From the NCBI GenBank assembly GCA_964471115.1, contig CAYYFE010000015.1, forward strand, positions 13,818-77,817: a stretch of 64,000 bases of DNA, given 5' to 3'. Under the pieces are notes generated by a model. That model was not told the DNA's origin and searched no databases. It saw nothing but the letters and a program-made list of their open reading frames with translations. Both the position numbers and the translations under genes were made by a program. Origin of the DNA: an uncultured Solibacteraceae bacterium (GTDB lineage Bacteria; Acidobacteriota; Vicinamibacteria; Vicinamibacterales; SCN-69-37). Below are positions 8,616 to 17,458 of the stretch, in pieces. How positions within the stretch are numbered: the first letter of the stretch is position 1; each line of letters begins with the position of its first letter.

Positions 8616-10526
8616 ATGGAATTGCTCTTTGTCCTGTATCTGACGCTCCAACTGCCCACGCCTCCCGCGCCGCCCCCGCAACCGCCGGTCGAGATTGAAG
8701 AAGAAATCATCGTCACCGCCACCCGCACCGGCCGGCTCGCCACCGACCAGGCGATGCGCGTGGAAGTGGTGGGACGCGAAGAGATTGAAGAGAAACTGCT
8801 GATGACGCCCGGCGACATCGCGATGCTGCTCAACGAGACCAGCGGCATCCGGCTGCAGCCGACGTCGCCGGCCCTGGGCGCCGCGGCCGTGCGAGTACAG
8901 GGCCTGCCCGGCCGCTTCACTGCGGTGCTGACCGACGGCCTGCCGATCAACGGCACGCAGGTCGCGTCGATCGGCCTGCTGCAGATCCCACCAATGGACC
9001 TTCAGCAGGTCGAAGTCATCAAGGGCGCCGCCTCGGCGATGTACGGACCCTCGGCGCTTGGGGGCGTCATCAACCTGGTGACGCGCCGGCCCACGCCCGA
9101 ACACGAGGGCGAACTGCTGCTCAACGCCACCACCCGTTCGGGTGGTGACGCGGTGGTGTTTGCCGCTGGACCGGCCTCGGCGTCGGCGGGATACACGCTG
9201 CTGGCCGGCCTCCACGGCCAGCGGATTGACGATGTGGATGGGGATGGGTGGGCGGACCTGCCGCGGTATCAGCGCGTCATTGCGCGGCCGAAGGTGTCGT
9301 GGACGGCCGGCGCCACCAGTCTGGACGCGACCGTCGGCGTGACGCGCGAGGACCGTCGGGGCGGACTCTTCGACTCCGCCGACGGCCGTCAGGCGGTCGA
9401 CACCCTGCGTGTGGATGCGGGGCTGGCCGCGCGGCGTCCGGTGTCGACCGGCGTGTTCGTCGGCAAGGCCGCGTTCGTGCGTCTCGACCACGATCATCGC
9501 TACAACACCGAGACCTTCTCCGATGCGCACGACGCGCTGATGCTGGAAGGGTCGTACCTGTGGTCACGCGGCCGCCACACGCTGGTGGCCGGGGGTGGTC
9601 TCGACTGGCAGCGGTACGACGGATCCCGAGACGACCTGAACTACTCGTGGGTCACCCCCGCCGTCTTCGTACAGGACGATGTCGACGTGGGGGACCGGAT
9701 GCGGATGTCGCTCAGCGCGCGGGTGGATCGCCATCCCGAGTTCGGATGGCTGTGGAGCCCGCGGGCGTCGGTCCGCTGGGCGCTCGATCCGTGGGACGTG
9801 CGGGTGTCGGCCGGGCGCGGCGCGTTCGCCCCGACGCCGTTCATCGATGAGGTCGAAGAAATCGGCGTGCATCAGGTGACGCACAACCGGATCGATCGCG
9901 CCGAGACGGCCGAGACGGTGTCGGTCGACGTCAGTCGCGAGGTCGGCCCGGTGTCGGTCTCGTTGACGGGGTTTGGCGCGGCGATTCATCACCCGGTGCG
10001 GCTCTCGGCGGTGGTCGATCGTGGTCTGCGGGTGGCCGTGTTCAACGAGGACCGCGCCGATTCGGCGATTCGGATTCTCGGCGCCGAAGCGTTTGCGCGT
10101 GTGCGATCAGGCCCGTGGGTGGCGACCGCCACACACGTGTGGCTGCGCGCGACGGAATTGAGCGAGGCGGGCGCGCGTGAGGACGTCGCCTACACCCCGC
10201 GCCGCACGTTCAGCCTGGTGGCGGCGTGGGAGCAGCACGGGACGGCGCGTGTGGGGCTGGAGGTGTATTACACCGGCCGGCAGGCGCTCGAGGAGAATCC
10301 GTACCGGACCGAGTCCGCGCCGTACACGATCGTGGGTCTGCTGGCGGAACGGCGGTTCGGCCGCGTGCGCGCGTTCATCAACCTCGAGAACCTGACCGAC
10401 GTACGCCAGTCCGACTACGACCCGCTGCTGCTGCCGTCGGCCACGTTCCTGGGCAAACGCGCGGTCAGCGCGTGGGCGCCGCTCGAAGGGCGCACGATCA
10501 ACGCGGGCGTCAGGATCGGGTGGTGA
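8616..10526 (+). CDS. TonB-dependent receptor
   Basis: Start re-picked at the in-frame ATG 8616 (MELLFVLYLTLQ...); the upstream part of the track ORF is antisense to the 7632-8591 gene. Plug region IIVTATRTG...GIRLQPTS...VRVQGLPGRFTAVLTDGLPING. Beta-barrel with terminal aromatic (...NAGVRIGW). Confidence 0.85.
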   Translation: MELLFVLYLTLQLPTPPAPPPQPPVEIEEEIIVTATRTGRLATDQAMRVEVVGREEIEEKLLMTPGDIAMLLNETSGIRLQPTSPALGAAAVRVQGLPGRFTAVLTDGLPINGTQVASIGLLQIPPMDLQQVEVIKGAASAMYGPSALGGVINLVTRRPTPEHEGELLLNATTRSGGDAVVFAAGPASASAGYTLLAGLHGQRIDDVDGDGWADLPRYQRVIARPKVSWTAGATSLDATVGVTREDRRGGLFDSADGRQAVDTLRVDAGLAARRPVSTGVFVGKAAFVRLDHDHRYNTETFSDAHDALMLEGSYLWSRGRHTLVAGGGLDWQRYDGSRDDLNYSWVTPAVFVQDDVDVGDRMRMSLSARVDRHPEFGWLWSPRASVRWALDPWDVRVSAGRGAFAPTPFIDEVEEIGVHQVTHNRIDRAETAETVSVDVSREVGPVSVSLTGFGAAIHHPVRLSAVVDRGLRVAVFNEDRADSAIRILGAEAFARVRSGPWVATATHVWLRATELSEAGAREDVAYTPRRTFSLVAAWEQHGTARVGLEVYYTGRQALEENPYRTESAPYTIVGLLAERRFGRVRAFINLENLTDVRQSDYDPLLLPSATFLGKRAVSAWAPLEGRTINAGVRIGW

Positions 10527-12063
10527 GCCGCCGCGTCAGTGCGCTGACCATGCCGTCGATCGTGTACGGGTCCGCGGTCACGACCGAGGTGATGCCGAGC
10601 GCCTCGGCCGCGGCCGCCGTCACGGGGCCGATCGCCACGGCCAGCGTCTGGTTGAGCAGGTCGGCGACCTGATCGCGGCCGATGAGATCCGCAAATCGCT
10701 GCACGGCCGTCGGCGTGGTGAAGGTCACCGCGTCCACGCGGCCGTCGAGCAGCTGTCGATAGATCGCCTGCGCCGCCGCCGATTCCGGCGCGCCGGGGAC
10801 GGTCCGATACGCGATCAGGTCCGTGGCCTCCGCGCCGCGCCGGCCGAGTTCGGCCGCCAGGCCGTGCCCCACGCCTGCATGGCCGTGATCCGGGCGGACC
10901 ACCAGCACGCGCGCGCCGCGCAGGTCGCCGGCGGCCTCCAGCGCCCGAATCGTGGCGTCGGTGCCCGACTCGGGAACGATCACATCGGCGCGCAGGCCGA
11001 ATGCGGCGAGCCGATCAGCCGTCGATGGGCCGATGGCCGCCACGCGTACGCCGCCCAGCGCGCGCAGATCGCGCGAGCCCGACAGCAGCGCGTTCAGGAA
11101 CCGGCCCGCGGCATTCGCTGATTCGATCACGATCCAGCGGAACTGCGACGCGGACGCGGCCGCGCGATCGATCGCTTCGGGATCGTCGGGCGGCACGAGG
11201 CGGAACGTCGGCGCTTCGATCGTCTGCGCGCCGAGGCCTTCGAGTTGTTCGACCAGGCCGCGGGCCTGTTCCCGCGACCGCGTGACCACAATCCGCTTGC
11301 CGAACAGCGGACGCTGGTCGTACCAGCGCAGATGCGCGCGCAGGCCCGCCACGTCGCCCACCACGAGCAGCGCCGGCCGGTCGCCGCCGTCGGCGCCCGC
11401 GGCCAGTTCCGCCAGCGTGCCGGTGACGGTCTGCTGCTGCGGCAGCGTGCCGTCATAAATGAGCGCCGCCGGGCTGCTCGCCGGGCGGCCGTGTTTGATC
11501 AGCCGCTCCAGAATCGCGGCGGCCTGCCGGCCGTTGGTGTACGCCGCAATCGTGCCGTCGAGCCGCGCCAGCGCCTCCCAGTCGACGTCGGGTCCCGTGT
11601 CTCCCGCCGTTTCGTGGCCGCGCAACAACACCAGCGCATCCTGTCCGCCGGGATACGTGATCGGCACACCGGCGTACGCGCTGCCCATGGCCAGCGGCAC
11701 GCCCGGCACCACCTCGAACGGCACCCGCTGCTCGTACAGGAACAGCGCTTCCTTCGCGCCCGACCCGAACAGGAACGGGTCGCCCCACTTCAGCCGCGCC
11801 ACCAGGCGCCCGTCGCGCGCGTGGTCGGCGATCAACATCGCGATCGCGTCCTGCGCGGTCGCGCCTTCGGCCGGCGCGCCGACCTCGATGCGTTCGCTGT
11901 CGGGCCGCGCCAGATGCAGCAGCCGCGCGACGTCGCGGTCGTAGACCACCACGTCCGCTTCGGCCAGCACCTGCCGGCCGCGCATCGTCAACAGGCCGGG
12001 ATCGCCGGGACCGGCGCCAATGAGGACTACTCGGCCTCGGGGGGATGTGTCGGATGTCGTCAT
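10510..12063 (-). CDS. cobA: uroporphyrinogen-III C-methyltransferase / uroporphyrinogen-III synthase fusion
   Basis: N-terminal SUMT motif VVLIGAGPGDPGLLTMRGRQVLAEADVVVYD. The C-terminal half is HemD-like (two Rossmann-like halves, RIVVTRSREQA...). The 3' end overlaps the convergent receptor gene by 17 nt. Confidence 0.85.
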   Translation of the reverse strand: MTTSDTSPRGRVVLIGAGPGDPGLLTMRGRQVLAEADVVVYDRDVARLLHLARPDSERIEVGAPAEGATAQDAIAMLIADHARDGRLVARLKWGDPFLFGSGAKEALFLYEQRVPFEVVPGVPLAMGSAYAGVPITYPGGQDALVLLRGHETAGDTGPDVDWEALARLDGTIAAYTNGRQAAAILERLIKHGRPASSPAALIYDGTLPQQQTVTGTLAELAAGADGGDRPALLVVGDVAGLRAHLRWYDQRPLFGKRIVVTRSREQARGLVEQLEGLGAQTIEAPTFRLVPPDDPEAIDRAAASASQFRWIVIESANAAGRFLNALLSGSRDLRALGGVRVAAIGPSTADRLAAFGLRADVIVPESGTDATIRALEAAGDLRGARVLVVRPDHGHAGVGHGLAAELGRRGAEATDLIAYRTVPGAPESAAAQAIYRQLLDGRVDAVTFTTPTAVQRFADLIGRDQVADLLNQTLAVAIGPVTAAAAEALGITSVVTADPYTIDGMVSALTRRLTTRS

Positions 12064-12992
12064 GGTTGTCGCAGGGGAGTCTTGGGCACCGACGGCGCGA
12101 AATACCCGCGTTTGGTCCGGGCCTGGGTGTTCGGCCGCTCGACCCGGACGACGATGGCGCGCCAGGCGCCGTCGCGTCTCAGGTTCTTCGGCGTGTAGGC
12201 AATCGTGTACTGGTTGGCGAGTTCGTCGGCGATGCGCTGGTAGACGGCCGGCAGTTCGCCGATGTTCTCGACGAAGAACAGGCGGCCGCCCGTTTCGGTC
12301 GACAACGTGCGCAGCACGAACTCCGCCTCGTTGAAGCCCCGCGTGGGCCGGTCGGTCTTCGAGCGCAGGCCGATCGCATACACGGCCACGTCCGCGCGTT
12401 TGGCCGACTCGAGCACGTCTTCGTAGGCAATCAGGCTGGACGTGTCTTCGCCGTCCGACAGGATCACGATGGCCTGGCGGCGGATCTGGTCGGCCGACGC
12501 CGCGCGCACCCGGCGCAATTCGGAGAGCGCGACATACAGCGCGTTGTAGAGCGAGGTGGAGCCGCCCACCTGGGTGCGGCGGATGGCCGATTCGAGCAGC
12601 AGCGGATCGTTGGTGAACGGCTGCAGGATCTCGACGCGGCTGTCAAAGTCGATGATCTGCGCCGTGTCCGACCCGGTCAGCCGCCTGGCGAATCCGATCG
12701 CGCCTTCCTGCGCCACCGGCAGCTTGATCTCCATGCTCGTGCTGGTGTCGATGAGCAGCGACAGGGCGATGGGCTGCGCCGCGCGCGAGAAAAACGAGAT
12801 GTCCTGCTGCACCCCGTCTTCGTAGACGCCGAAGAGCGCCTGGTCGAGGCCCGCGACCAGCCGGTCGCCTTCCGTCACCGTGACCTGGAGCGACACCACG
12901 TCGATGCCGCCGCGGAAGACCTGCGCGGACAGCGACCACGCGGCGGACACCACGAGCGCGCCCGCCACGAGGCTGGAGCGCCACCGGGTCAT
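12060..12992 (-). CDS. secreted VWA-domain protein (acidobacterial VWFA-related type)
   Basis: Start re-picked at MTRWRSSLVAGALVVSAAWSLSAQ (signal peptide). MIDAS-like LLIDTSTSM and ILSDGEDTSS. ATGA start/stop overlap with the upstream paralogue at 12989-12992. Confidence 0.8.
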   Translation of the reverse strand: MTRWRSSLVAGALVVSAAWSLSAQVFRGGIDVVSLQVTVTEGDRLVAGLDQALFGVYEDGVQQDISFFSRAAQPIALSLLIDTSTSMEIKLPVAQEGAIGFARRLTGSDTAQIIDFDSRVEILQPFTNDPLLLESAIRRTQVGGSTSLYNALYVALSELRRVRAASADQIRRQAIVILSDGEDTSSLIAYEDVLESAKRADVAVYAIGLRSKTDRPTRGFNEAEFVLRTLSTETGGRLFFVENIGELPAVYQRIADELANQYTIAYTPKNLRRDGAWRAIVVRVERPNTQARTKRGYFAPSVPKTPLRQP

Positions 12993-13882
12993 TTGTTCGT
13001 CCAGCGCGGCGCGGCCAGGCGGTAGCCGTCTTTCGACAGCCGGACCTCGAGGCGCTCGGGGGGAATCAGCGACTCCGGCCGGCCGTACGTCACGGCGAAC
13101 TGGCCGAGCAGTTGCGCGGCGATGTCGCCAAACCGCGCCTTGAGCGCCGACGGCGCGAAGATCATGGCGTTCTGGCCGCCCGACCGCTGCGTCACGTCGC
13201 CCAGCACGAGCGATCGTTCGCGCGTCTCGCTGACCATCGGGTTGTCGTTGAAGCTCTCCCGCGCGATGGTCCACAACGACGCGCGGGCGGCGGCCACGGC
13301 GGCCATGGCCTGGTCGTGCCGGCGGGTGCTGAACTCGGGGCCGTTTTCGTCGACGAACGCCACGATGGCGGCGCGCGCCGGTTTGCGGCGCGCCAGGGCG
13401 TTGGCGGCCTCGACCACGGCTTCGACGAAGTACGCGCCCGACCCGCTCACTGCAAAGAGGCGGTCGACCCCCCGGCCCAGCGCGACGGCCGACGTCGTGA
13501 AGTCGGCCTGAAGCGTCGGCCGTTCACCGAAGGTGTACAGCGCGATTTGGGACTCGGGGCTGGCTTTCCAGATGGCCGCGGCAAACGTGGAGATGGCCTC
13601 CCGCAGGTCCGGAGTGGCGCCCTGGGTCACATCGCTGGAATCAATGAGGACCGCAATTTCGAGCGGGGCCGTGGCCTTCTCGACCTTCAGGATTTCGCGG
13701 GCGTTGCCGTCCTCGCGGATGGTCAGTTCGCTGGCCAGGAGGGCCTCGGCGGGCCGGCCCTGCCGGTCGGTCACCGACACAAAAATCGTCTGGTCGCGCA
13801 GGGCGCGCTGGGCCTCGGGCAGGGCGGATCCGGCCAGCCAAACGGCCAGCGCCGCCACGAGCAGTCGGGGGAAGTGGCCCAT
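12989..13882 (-). CDS. secreted VWA-like protein, paralogue of 12060-12992
   Basis: Start re-picked at MGHFPRLLVAALAVWLAGSALPEAQ. The architecture matches its neighbour (IFVSVTDRQGRP..., VLIDSSDV, IVAFVDENG). Confidence 0.75.
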   Translation of the reverse strand: MGHFPRLLVAALAVWLAGSALPEAQRALRDQTIFVSVTDRQGRPAEALLASELTIREDGNAREILKVEKATAPLEIAVLIDSSDVTQGATPDLREAISTFAAAIWKASPESQIALYTFGERPTLQADFTTSAVALGRGVDRLFAVSGSGAYFVEAVVEAANALARRKPARAAIVAFVDENGPEFSTRRHDQAMAAVAAARASLWTIARESFNDNPMVSETRERSLVLGDVTQRSGGQNAMIFAPSALKARFGDIAAQLLGQFAVTYGRPESLIPPERLEVRLSKDGYRLAAPRWTNK

Positions 13883-13950
13883 GTCGGCAGTATAGCCCCC
13901 GCGTGATATATTTCCGAGGTTCGCCCGGCGGCACAGAGGCCCACAGTAGA

Positions 13951-14214
13951 ATGGGCTGCTTGGCGAAGGGGCAGAGTCCGCGGCAAGGGCTGGAACAAGC
14001 CCTGCGGGCGTTCCAGGAGAACGTCCACCGGTCGGGTCCGGCCGCCTCCGCCAGCTACACGCTGATTGGCGGCATCCTGGTGCTCGGCGGGCTGGGATAC
14101 GGGTTCGACCTGTGGCGCGGCACCGAGCCGTGGGGGCTGCTCGTGGGATTGTTTCTGGGCATCGCGACGGGGTTTTACGCCATCGTGATGTCCACACGGC
14201 CCCGGTCGCGCTGA
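13951..14214 (+). CDS. AtpZ/AtpR-like small membrane protein of the F-ATPase operon
   Basis: SASYTLIGGILVLGGLGYGFDLWRGTEPWGLLVGLFLGIATGFYAIV resembles the ATPase_gene1 family. Start uncertain (ATG 13951 or GTG 13903). TGATG overlap with the next ORF. Confidence 0.6.
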   Translation: MGCLAKGQSPRQGLEQALRAFQENVHRSGPAASASYTLIGGILVLGGLGYGFDLWRGTEPWGLLVGLFLGIATGFYAIVMSTRPRSR

Positions 14215-14561
14215 TGCTCTGGACCATGCTGGCGGTGACGCTGGCGGCCGGGCTGGCCGGCTGGGCGGCGGGATGGCCGGAAGTGCTGGCGGGTGTCGCG
14301 GCGCCGGTGGTCACCACCGCGGGGTCGTGGATGCTGATGACGCGCACGTGGGCGTCGGCGCCGGCCACGTTGTTGCCGGTGATGATTCGGGCGTTTGTCG
14401 CGAAGAGCGGGCTCTACCTCGCGTACGTGACGATCGTCCTCAAGGGCACGAACGCCAGACCCGAGCCATTCGTGGCCGGCCTGGTGGGAGCGTTCCTGGT
14501 GCTGCACTTCACGCAGGCCTGGGCGCTCAAACGGTTGATGGACGGCAAGCAGGGGAACTGA
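14214..14561 (+). CDS. atpI: ATP synthase protein I-like membrane protein
   Basis: About 115 aa with 4 hydrophobic segments, sitting directly upstream of atpB. Called on position and topology only. Confidence 0.5.
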   Translation: MLWTMLAVTLAAGLAGWAAGWPEVLAGVAAPVVTTAGSWMLMTRTWASAPATLLPVMIRAFVAKSGLYLAYVTIVLKGTNARPEPFVAGLVGAFLVLHFTQAWALKRLMDGKQGN

Positions 14562-14566
14562 CGGGC

Positions 14567-15493
14567 ATGAACGCAGTGGATCCAGGAACCGAGCAGGCGG
14601 CCAAGGAAGGCTTCAACGCCGCCGACACGATCATCGGACACGTGGCCAACACCGGCCTCGATCATCCGATCCTGCACCTGCCGCCGATCTTCGGCATCGA
14701 CTTCTCGGTCACCAAACACGTGTTCATGGTGTGGCTGATGGCCACGGTCGTGTTTGTCACCGTCACGCTGCTGGTGCGCCGGTATCTGGCGCAGGGCCGG
14801 CTGGTGCCCACCGGCGGCATGAACGCGCTCGAGGCCCTCGTCGAATTCATTCGCGACTCCATCGCCCTGCCCAACGTCGGCAAGAAGTGGGTGATGGCGT
14901 GGACGCCCCTGCTGCTGACGTTTTTTGTCTTCATCTTCGCGGCCAACGCCATCGGCCTGGTGCCGGTGTTCGACCTGATTGCGCTGGTCGACAAGCTGGT
15001 GCTGCACACCGGCGACCATTCGTTCCTCAAGAACCTCACCCACGGCGGCACGACGGCCACGGCCAACTTCAACGTGACGGCGGCGCTGGCCAGCATCACG
15101 TTCGTGGCGATCATCGCCGCGGGCACCAAGGCGCACGGGTTCATCCAGCACTGGAAGAACCTGGTGCCGCACGGGCTCAATCCGGCGCTGTACGTGCTGC
15201 TGATTCCGCTGGAAGTGATCGGCATGTTCGTGCGGCCCTTCGCGCTCACCATGCGTCTTGCGGCCAACATGGCGGGCGGCCACATCGCCATTCTCGCGAT
15301 CATCTCGTTCGTCTTCATCTTCGCGGAGATGACGCAGAGCGCGCTGGTGGGCGTCGGCATCGGCGTGGGGTTCTCGCTGCCGCTGGCGGTCGCCATCTCC
15401 GCCCTCGAGATCATCGTCGTCCTCGTGCAGGCCTACGTGTTCACCTTGCTGTCGGCCGTGTTCATCGGCATGGCCATTCACGCTCACCATTAA
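14567..15493 (+). CDS. atpB: F0F1 ATP synthase subunit a
   Basis: Start re-picked at MNAVDPGTEQ. Conserved Arg region ALTMRLAANMAGGHIAILAI. Polytopic. Confidence 0.9.
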   Translation: MNAVDPGTEQAAKEGFNAADTIIGHVANTGLDHPILHLPPIFGIDFSVTKHVFMVWLMATVVFVTVTLLVRRYLAQGRLVPTGGMNALEALVEFIRDSIALPNVGKKWVMAWTPLLLTFFVFIFAANAIGLVPVFDLIALVDKLVLHTGDHSFLKNLTHGGTTATANFNVTAALASITFVAIIAAGTKAHGFIQHWKNLVPHGLNPALYVLLIPLEVIGMFVRPFALTMRLAANMAGGHIAILAIISFVFIFAEMTQSALVGVGIGVGFSLPLAVAISALEIIVVLVQAYVFTLLSAVFIGMAIHAHH

Positions 15494-15532
15494 TTCAACC
15501 GTCGTCACTCACTCAGGAGAAGGAACGTAGTC

Positions 15533-15802
15533 ATGGATCAGGCAGCTAACCTCACCGTCGAACAGCTCCAGCTTATGAAGCCCGTGTGGCACTACATGGG
15601 AGCCGCGATTGGCTTCGGTCTCACGGTCATCGGCGCCGGGCTCGGCATCGGCAAGCTCGCGGCGGCGGCGGCGGAAGGTGTCGCGCGTCAGCCCAGCGCG
15701 TCGGCGCAGATCACCGCGGCGGCCAACCTGCCGCTCTTCCTGCTGGAAGGCGCCACGATTCTCGCGCTGGTGTTCGGTCTGCTCGTCATCTTCCTGGCGT
15801 AA
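15533..15802 (+). CDS. atpE: F0F1 ATP synthase subunit c
   Basis: 89-aa two-helix hairpin protein: GAAIGFGLTVIGAGLGIG...ARQP...LPLFLLEGATILALVFGLLV, with the carboxylate Glu in helix 2. Confidence 0.9.
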   Translation: MDQAANLTVEQLQLMKPVWHYMGAAIGFGLTVIGAGLGIGKLAAAAAEGVARQPSASAQITAAANLPLFLLEGATILALVFGLLVIFLA

Positions 15803-15824
15803 CCGCCGGGAGTAAGGAGCCGAC

Positions 15825-16322
15825 GTGGAGAATCTGGTCCGGCCCGATCTCGGGCTGTATGTCTGGACGCTCCTGACGTTCCTTGTGCTCGCGTTCCTGC
15901 TGCGGAAGTTCGCGTGGGGACCGTTGCTCAAGGCGCTCGAGGAGCGGCGCGCGACGATCGAGAAGTCGGTCGAGGACGCGAAGAAGGCGACCGCCGAACT
16001 GCAGCGCGTGCAGGAGGAATCCGCGCGCCTGATGGCGGAGGCCCGGTCGGAAGCCGCGGCCATCGTCACGCGCAGCCGCGCCGACGCCGACCGCTTCCGC
16101 GAAGAGATGCGGAAGAAGGCGGCCGAGGACGCGCAGGCGATCGTCAAGAACGCCGAGAAGGAGATCCAGCTCGAGACGGCGCGCGCGGTGGCGCAGCTCC
16201 GGACCGAAGCGGTCGACCTGTCGGTGGCCATCGCGTCGAAGCTGCTGCGGAAGAACATCTCCGCGGCCGACAACGACGCGCTGATCCAGGACGCGATCTC
16301 GAAGTTCAAACGAGTCCAGTGA
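15825..16322 (+). CDS. atpF: F0F1 ATP synthase subunit b
   Basis: A single N-terminal TM (LYVWTLLTFLVLAFLL) followed by a long Ala/Glu/Lys/Arg coiled coil. Confidence 0.85.
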   Translation: MENLVRPDLGLYVWTLLTFLVLAFLLRKFAWGPLLKALEERRATIEKSVEDAKKATAELQRVQEESARLMAEARSEAAAIVTRSRADADRFREEMRKKAAEDAQAIVKNAEKEIQLETARAVAQLRTEAVDLSVAIASKLLRKNISAADNDALIQDAISKFKRVQ

Positions 16323-16416
16323 CATCAGGGCACAGGGCTCAGGTTGCAGGGCACAGGGGCGGACAACAGCACCTTCCGTCCCTGTGGCTTGTGACCTGTC
16401 GCCTGTAGCCTGCAGG
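16323..16416 (+). repeat. two heptamer arrays in inverted orientation (NNNCAGG x5, about 20 nt spacer, CCTGNNN x5)
   Basis: Left arm: catcagg gcacagg gctcagg ttgcagg gcacagg. Right arm: cctgtgg cttgtga cctgtcg cctgtag cctgcag. Perfect complementary core CACAGGG (16352-16358) / CCCTGTG (16380-16386). It fills the atpF-eamA spacer. Confidence 0.8.
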
Positions 16417-16421
16417 CGCGT

Positions 16422-17348
16422 TTGTCCCGGGTCGATGTCCTGCTGGTGCTGATGGTCCTCATCTGGGGGGCCAACTTCAGCGTCATCAAGTGGGCATTCG
16501 TCGAAATCCCGCCGCAGCCGTTTAACGCCCTTCGTCTGGTCATCGCGTCAGCCGTCTTCCTGGCGGCCATCCGGTGGGCCCGCCGCCGCGCCCAGGCCGG
16601 CGACGCCGTCTCGTCGATCCTGCACACGCCCCATCCGCTGACGCGCCGCGACCGGCGTGACCTCGTCTGGCTCGGCCTGGTGGGGCATCTCGGGTATCAG
16701 TTCTTCTTTGTCGGCGGCGTGGCGCTGTCCACCGCGTCGAACGCCGCCCTGATCGTCGGCACGACGCCGACGGTGCTGGCCGTGGTGTCGGCGCTGCTGG
16801 GCCGCGAACGCATCAGCGGTTTCCACTGGGCCGGCGCGTTGCTGGCGGTCACCGGTATTGCGTTCGTCGTCGGGCCGGGCGCCTCGTTTGGCGGCGCGAC
16901 GTGGCGCGGCGACCTCATGGTGATGTGTTCGGTGGCCTGCTGGACCACGTTCACGCTGGGATCGGCGCGGCTCATCGAACGCCATTCGCCGTTGTACGTC
17001 ACGGGCATGACCATGGTCTACGGCGGCATCCCCTATGTGGCGCTGGCGCTGCCGGCCATCCTGCGGGTGGACTGGGCGGCGGCCTCCTTCGGCGCGCTCG
17101 TCGCACTGGTGCTGTCGGCGCTGCTGGCGCTCAACCTGGCCTACGTGATCTGGTACACGGGCGTGCAACGCCTGGGCCCGGCGCGGACGTCGATTTACTC
17201 GAACGGTGTGCCCATCGTCGCGATGTTCGTGGCGGCCATCTGGCTGGGCGAGTCTTTGACCTGGACGAAAATCGCCGGCGCCTCGGCGGTGCTGGGCGGG
17301 GTGGCGCTGACCCGGGTGGGGCGACGGCTGTTGCTGCAGTCAAGCTGA
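16422..17348 (+). CDS. EamA/DMT-family transporter
   Basis: Ten-TM-like profile with two EamA-like halves. N-terminus VLMVLIWGANFSVIKWAF. Confidence 0.85.
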   Translation: MSRVDVLLVLMVLIWGANFSVIKWAFVEIPPQPFNALRLVIASAVFLAAIRWARRRAQAGDAVSSILHTPHPLTRRDRRDLVWLGLVGHLGYQFFFVGGVALSTASNAALIVGTTPTVLAVVSALLGRERISGFHWAGALLAVTGIAFVVGPGASFGGATWRGDLMVMCSVACWTTFTLGSARLIERHSPLYVTGMTMVYGGIPYVALALPAILRVDWAAASFGALVALVLSALLALNLAYVIWYTGVQRLGPARTSIYSNGVPIVAMFVAAIWLGESLTWTKIAGASAVLGGVALTRVGRRLLLQSS

Positions 17349-17359
17349 TCAGAGCGAGT

Positions 17360-17421
17360 GCCGGGGTTGGGCGTCCCCCTCGCCGCGCCCGGCCCGGCTT
17401 CGCCGGGCCCCCAACCCCGGC
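17360..17421 (+). terminator. nested GC-rich stem-loop downstream of the EamA gene
   Basis: Outer 12-bp perfect inverted repeat gccggggttggg / cccaaccccggc (17360-17371, 17410-17421). Inner stem gcccggc-ttc-gccgggc (17392-17408). No T-tract follows, so a terminator function is uncertain. Confidence 0.4.
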
Positions 17422-17430
17422 ATACGTCTT

Positions 17431-17458
17431 CCTTCATGGCCCTTCATGTCCTTCATGG
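17431..17458 (+). repeat. three tandem copies of CCTTCATG(G), period 9-10 nt
   Basis: ccttcatgg c ccttcatg t ccttcatgg. Each copy carries an ATG (17436, 17446, 17455). The array overlaps the annotated desaturase start. Confidence 0.8.

Noticed and set aside
13883-13950. Sigma-70-type promoter (TAGAAT at 13946-13951) for the atp operon
   Set aside because: The -10-like hexamer overlaps the candidate atpZ ATG, and I could not find a convincing -35 at proper spacing. This is too weak to call as a feature.
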